A stretch of 64,000 bases of DNA from IMG/VR virus record IMGVR_UViG_3300010396_000037; one strand, written 5' to 3'. Within the stretch, counting starts at the first letter, position 1; each line of letters starts with the position of its first letter. Of this stretch, positions 59,933-64,000 are shown one piece after another. The notes under the pieces are model-generated. The model ran no database searches. It was not told the DNA's origin and worked only from the letters and a program-made list of their open reading frames with translations. This DNA comes from a virus. The position numbers and the translations under genes are program-made.

Positions 59933-61558
59933 ATGAACATGACCGAATTTGAATCAACTTTCCCCCATCTGTCTGCCGATGATTACATGAAAGGGTCTCT
60001 GTCCTATTTCATTGGCAAGACGATCCGTTATATCATTCCTGATGACCCATCGGAATATAAGAAATTCCTGAGAGCCAATGGCACCAATGCACTTGATGCC
60101 TACAAGATTATTGGTCTTCAGCGCAACTTCAAAGGCGAGATATGTGTCCGCGCTGTTAACACCAGCTTTGATGATCAATTTGGGCGCTGCATCAGCTTCA
60201 ATGAATTTATTCTCGTTGATTGTTAAGGAGAACTGTCATGAGCTACATGATCACCAAGTCAGGTCGCACCAAGGAAATTCCTGAGCGCATGTTGCGGGAA
60301 ACTGAAGAATATCCCATGCAGATGACTCGGGACAAACTGGTTGGTTTGGATTCAAATGGCCGCATTGTGGTTGACATGTTTGATGCTCGCCATTCTGACC
60401 GCAAAGACGCTTACCTGTTTGGCTTGACTCTCTGCTGCAATGCCAGCGACAAGGGCACAGAATTTGGAGTTGTCTGCCGCGGATGCCATGGCACCACTGA
60501 TACTGGCAACTACATCTGGCGTGATGTGGATGGAAGTTTCCCTGGGTTGGATCCAATCGAATCCATTGTTGAAGGAAAGTCCCCACGTTCAACTGTAAAG
60601 GAGAGCTGAAATGAAAGCCAGCGAGCTCATTGAACGTCTGCAATACTTGATAGCTGATCATGGAGACCAAGAAGTTAAGCATGGTGCTAATAGCAATCAG
60701 GACGTGGACGATGTAGTGTTCTACAAGGGAGATACATGGGGCTCGGGAAGCGACAGCAGCTTCGACATCAAGTCATTTGAGTAAAGGAGAACTGAAATGC
60801 CTTTCACGCATGAGGATTATCCGGAACCGATTGCCTATCGTGGCGGTTGTAAAGTCTCCTGGAGGACCTATGATGATCCAGAAGCAGCCAGCGTAGCACA
60901 GGAAGTCGCAAGGTTTCTCGCTCATCGTCTGGAAACAGAAGGTTATGAGTGGGGTTACTGCTCACCAGGTGAGTTGAAAGACAATGGTGATGGCACCTAC
61001 ACTGTTTGTTGTCCTTAGTGAAATTTCTGAAGTCAAACGTCATTTAACATCCGTTAAGCTAACTCTAAGTCAGACGCGTTATAATAGTTGAGTTGGAGCA
61101 GTCCTACTGGAGAGTTAAAATGAAAAACAAACTTCTCGGTTTCACCTATCGCTGGCGCACTCCAACCATGGCATCATGGAGATATGTATGGTGCGATAAC
61201 ATGGAAGAAGCCAAAAGCATAGTGCGTGGTGAGTTGGGTGAATATGCAGATGGTTTCCGTATGCCGCGTGGCACGATATTCGAACGTGTTTGCGCCGGGC
61301 CACTGGTCAAGGAGAGCTGAAATGAATATCGAAGTCACCGAAGAACTTTTGAACACGGCCAACCGCGCTTATGTTGGACGTGATCATCATTGCCGCTGCG
61401 GTTGTGCTGGTGTCTATCATCAAGTTGGCACACATGGCTTCAAACTGGCTTTGAGTCGTGCAAAAAAACTCTTGAAAGAAGAGAGCTATGATGACGCCAA
61501 CGAACACTTTGTGAATTTCATTTCTGGTGATGACCGTGCCATCACTTTATATTTCTGA
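59933..61558 (+). CDS. Array of six small early genes (59933-60226, 60238-60609, 60611-60784, 60797-61018, 61120-61320, 61322-61558)
   Basis: Each is preceded by a near-identical AAGGAGA(A/G)CTG or CTACTGGAGA leader; two palindrome-box promoters. Confidence 0.65.
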
Positions 61559-61586
61559 AGTCAAACGTCATTTAACATCCGTTAAG
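61023..61586 (+). repeat. 36-bp perfect direct repeat (61023-61058 and 61551-61586) containing the early promoter box
   Basis: ATTTCTGAAGTCAAACGTCATTTAACATCCGTTAAG occurs twice. Confidence 0.9.
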
Positions 61587-61654
61587 TAAACTTCAAGTCA
61601 ATTGAATTATACTAGTCCTGCTGAAACGCAAAACCCTCAAACTAGGAGATTGAA

Positions 61655-62617
61655 ATGAGTGCTGAAATCGACATGAGTAATGGTAAGGCCAATGTTGCTT
61701 ACATCAATGAGACTCCTTGGCATGGTCTGGGTCAGTCTCTGACTCCGGGTGCTGCTCTGGAAATCTGGGCTGAACAGGCTGGTCAGAACTGGGAAGCCAA
61801 GCGTGCGGCTCTGCGTTACACGGCTGGCAAGGACACGGTCAGTATCCCGAACCGCAAGGCTCTGTATCGTTCTGACACGCATGCTTTCCTGGGTATGGTG
61901 GCCGATGGCTACAAGATCGTGCAGCCGAAGGAAGTCCTGGAGTTCTACCGTGACCTGATCAGTGACTTCGGTTTCGAGATGGAGACGGCTGGTTGCTTGT
62001 TCGGTGGCAAGCGCGTCTGGGCTTTGGCCAACTGCAAGAAGGCTGTTGCTCTAAAGGGTAATGATGACGTCAACTTGTATCTGCTGCTTGCCACGTCCTT
62101 TGATGGCTCCATGAGCACGCAGGCTCGTCTGACCGGTGTTCGCGTGGTCTGCAACAACACGCTTGAACTGGCGACTGCTTCTAATGGTGTGGGTAACAAT
62201 GTGGTACGCGTGTATCACACGGCCAGCTTCAATTCGGATGCGGTCAAGAAACAGCTGGACATCGACAATCGCTGGCAGAACTTCTGCGACACGGCAAGCA
62301 AAATGCAAAATCGTGAAGTCAGCAAGGCTGAAGTGATTGACTTCCTGACCAAGTTGTACAAGATCAATCCCAACAGTTCTGAACTGATCAAGAACCGTTT
62401 CTTGGCCCGTATGGAGCACTCGCTGTTCAATGCTCCGGGTGCCCAGAAGACTGGCTCGGCTGGTACCCTCTGGGGTGTCTTGAATGCGGTGACCTATGAT
62501 GTTGATCACAAGGCCACGCGCGTCGCTGACTACCGGATGGCCAATGGCATGATGGGTGCGGGTAGCTTGCTGAAGCAGCAGGCTTGGAAGGAAGCTGAAA
62601 TGGCTCTGGCTGCATGA
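61655..62617 (+). CDS. DUF932 (LGT_TIGR03299-like) protein, canonical copy
   Basis: ETPWHGLG, YKIVQP, GGKRVWALA, LATSFDGS, RVVCNNTL, GTLWG.LNAVT. Confidence 0.85.
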   Translation: MSAEIDMSNGKANVAYINETPWHGLGQSLTPGAALEIWAEQAGQNWEAKRAALRYTAGKDTVSIPNRKALYRSDTHAFLGMVADGYKIVQPKEVLEFYRDLISDFGFEMETAGCLFGGKRVWALANCKKAVALKGNDDVNLYLLLATSFDGSMSTQARLTGVRVVCNNTLELATASNGVGNNVVRVYHTASFNSDAVKKQLDIDNRWQNFCDTASKMQNREVSKAEVIDFLTKLYKINPNSSELIKNRFLARMEHSLFNAPGAQKTGSAGTLWGVLNAVTYDVDHKATRVADYRMANGMMGAGSLLKQQAWKEAEMALAA

Positions 62618-62633
62618 TGCGGCCGTGAGTGGG

Positions 62634-62669
62634 AGTGACCCGGTTCCAGTAGGCCGGGTCACTTCTTTC
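62634..62669 (+). terminator. Rho-independent terminator
   Basis: AGTGACCCGG...CCGGGTCACT followed by TCTTTCT. Confidence 0.7.
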
Positions 62670-62690
62670 TATCCTCAGTAGGAGAACATC

Positions 62691-63561
62691 ATGGAACAGA
62701 AATATTTGAAAACCGCATATGACGCCCATTTGAAAATTGAAAATTTGAAGAACCAGGTAGCCTTGGTGAAGCGAGACAATTTTCATGTAGGCATCAACAA
62801 TACATACTGTGATACTTCAATTCTGAAGGCAGTCAAGAAGACAATTCTGACGGAATTACAATTGCGAATTGAACAACAAGAGCACATTCTGCGTGATCTT
62901 GGTGTTGAGTTGGACAGTGATACTAACTGATTTTTGAACCTGGTTCAACTAGAATTATTGCATGGAGAATGAAATGACCAACCAGACTGACTCCGAGAAA
63001 CTGGCGCAGGCGTTGCGTGAAGCAATGCGTTGGAATTGGCTGGATGATGATGCGCGTCCCTCTGAGACTGCCGATATTTGTGACGCCGCTCTCGCCGCCC
63101 ACGAACGTGCACAACAAGCTAGCGACGTCAAGGTTCCAACCGAAATCGAATGGCTGCGCGATGAACTTGCAGCAGCCAAAGAAGAACTGATGTTTCTGCG
63201 GAAAGCACAACCGGCGAGCGAGTTCGCGTCTGATGAGGATGCTTACGAAAGCAATGTCGCAGAAGGAATCTGGACTGCCGGTATCAATGTGCTGCAGTCG
63301 AAAAGGTGGGATGCCAAGATTGAGTGCCACGGCGAATCAAAGGAAGCTGCCGAACAACTGCGCGATTTCGTGCTGGCAACGTTGCAAGCACAACCGGCGA
63401 GCGTGGTGGATGTTCTCTACACGCGCGAGGAAGTTGACGAAGCGATGGGAATCCTTCGACGCTTCCGTAGTCCCATCCACGACGATTGCCTGAATCAGAT
63501 GGAGGCGGTGCTTATTGCAGCCGCGCCGCAGCCAGCGAATGGAGAGAAAGATGTCGACTAA
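62691..63561 (+). CDS. Two hypothetical genes (62691-62930; ~62962-63561, GC-rich and mosaic)
   Basis: ORFs; the second has AQPAS repeats and an AAAPQP ending typical of temperate-phage accessory genes. Confidence 0.5.
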
Positions 63562-63781
63562 GCTCTCAAAATTGAAACCGTGTCCTTGGTGCGGCCACTA
63601 CCCGGCGCTGGAGAAGGAAGTTATCCACTATCCAAACAGCAAGAACAACCTGTGGGCTGTGGTTTGCCGAACTGAGAACTGCCCTGCCTCGAATATAGTT
63701 CAGGACGGGGAAATGGGCGGCTTCATCTATTCCTGGCCGATGGATAAAGCAATTGCAATCTGGAACCGGAGAGTTCGATGA
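63551..63781 (+). CDS. Lar-like (restriction alleviation family) zinc-ribbon protein
   Basis: LKPCPWCG ... VVC...NC ... AI..WNRR. Confidence 0.6.
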   Translation: MSTKLSKLKPCPWCGHYPALEKEVIHYPNSKNNLWAVVCRTENCPASNIVQDGEMGGFIYSWPMDKAIAIWNRRVR

Positions 63782-64000
63782 CCACTGAACGCGAGATGAC
63801 GCTGGAACAGGTGCGGGATTCGATACGCTCAAGTGACGTGGACTTGGACATTTATCCATCGCACAAGATTCGACTTGAATGGGCCAACGCCATCGACGCC
63901 TACCTTTCCCGTGCTGCGGATCCGGTGTATCAACTCAAGCATGGCGGTCTTTGGATGGATGCAACCGAGGACGAATATCGAATTGGATTTGATAATTTCA

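Noticed and set aside
59840-61660. CRISPR array or integron attC sites
   Set aside because: The repeats are promoter and RBS sequences separated by whole genes; there is no regular repeat-spacer period and no integrase in the window.
1-64000. Stop-codon reassignment, or inteins/introns in core genes
   Set aside because: Core genes (gp17, gp20, gp23, gp41, nrdA, nrdB) are uninterrupted and of normal size in the standard code, and all three stop codons terminate genes.

Overview
64 kb of a large, AT-rich T4-like (Tevenvirinae-type gene set) myophage genome. In order: a replication/recombination block (C-terminal part of gp43 polymerase, UvsX, gp41 helicase), followed directly by a GT-B glycosyltransferase, two GIY-YIG nucleases and a PIG-L-type de-N-acetylase; RuvC-like resolvase, RNase H and nrdB; an inverted neck/terminase/tail block (gp13-gp19, minus strand); an endolysin and an Alt-like ADP-ribosyltransferase; the head block (gp20, very large modular internal-head proteins, gp21, gp22, gp23); spanins, primase, nrdA, PhoH; an RNA-repair cluster (Rnl1, PseT, a phosphoesterase, a DRB0094-type ligase) with ThyX; and an early-gene cassette region with two DUF932 paralogues. 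Three leads stand out. (1) A candidate replisome-coupled amino-sugar DNA modification system: the glycosyltransferase ends in the same C-terminal peptide as the DNA polymerase (LSAFFV) and is paired with a de-N-acetylase. (2) A homing endonuclease inserted into the deacetylase metal-binding motif that supplies a recoded replacement N-terminus. (3) Two 750-920 aa 'polyproteins' between portal and prohead protease, built from swappable modules separated by the same LDE-type site found in the capsid propeptide. Three promoter classes are also readable from the sequence. All calls come from motif recognition and synteny by eye; no database searches were run.
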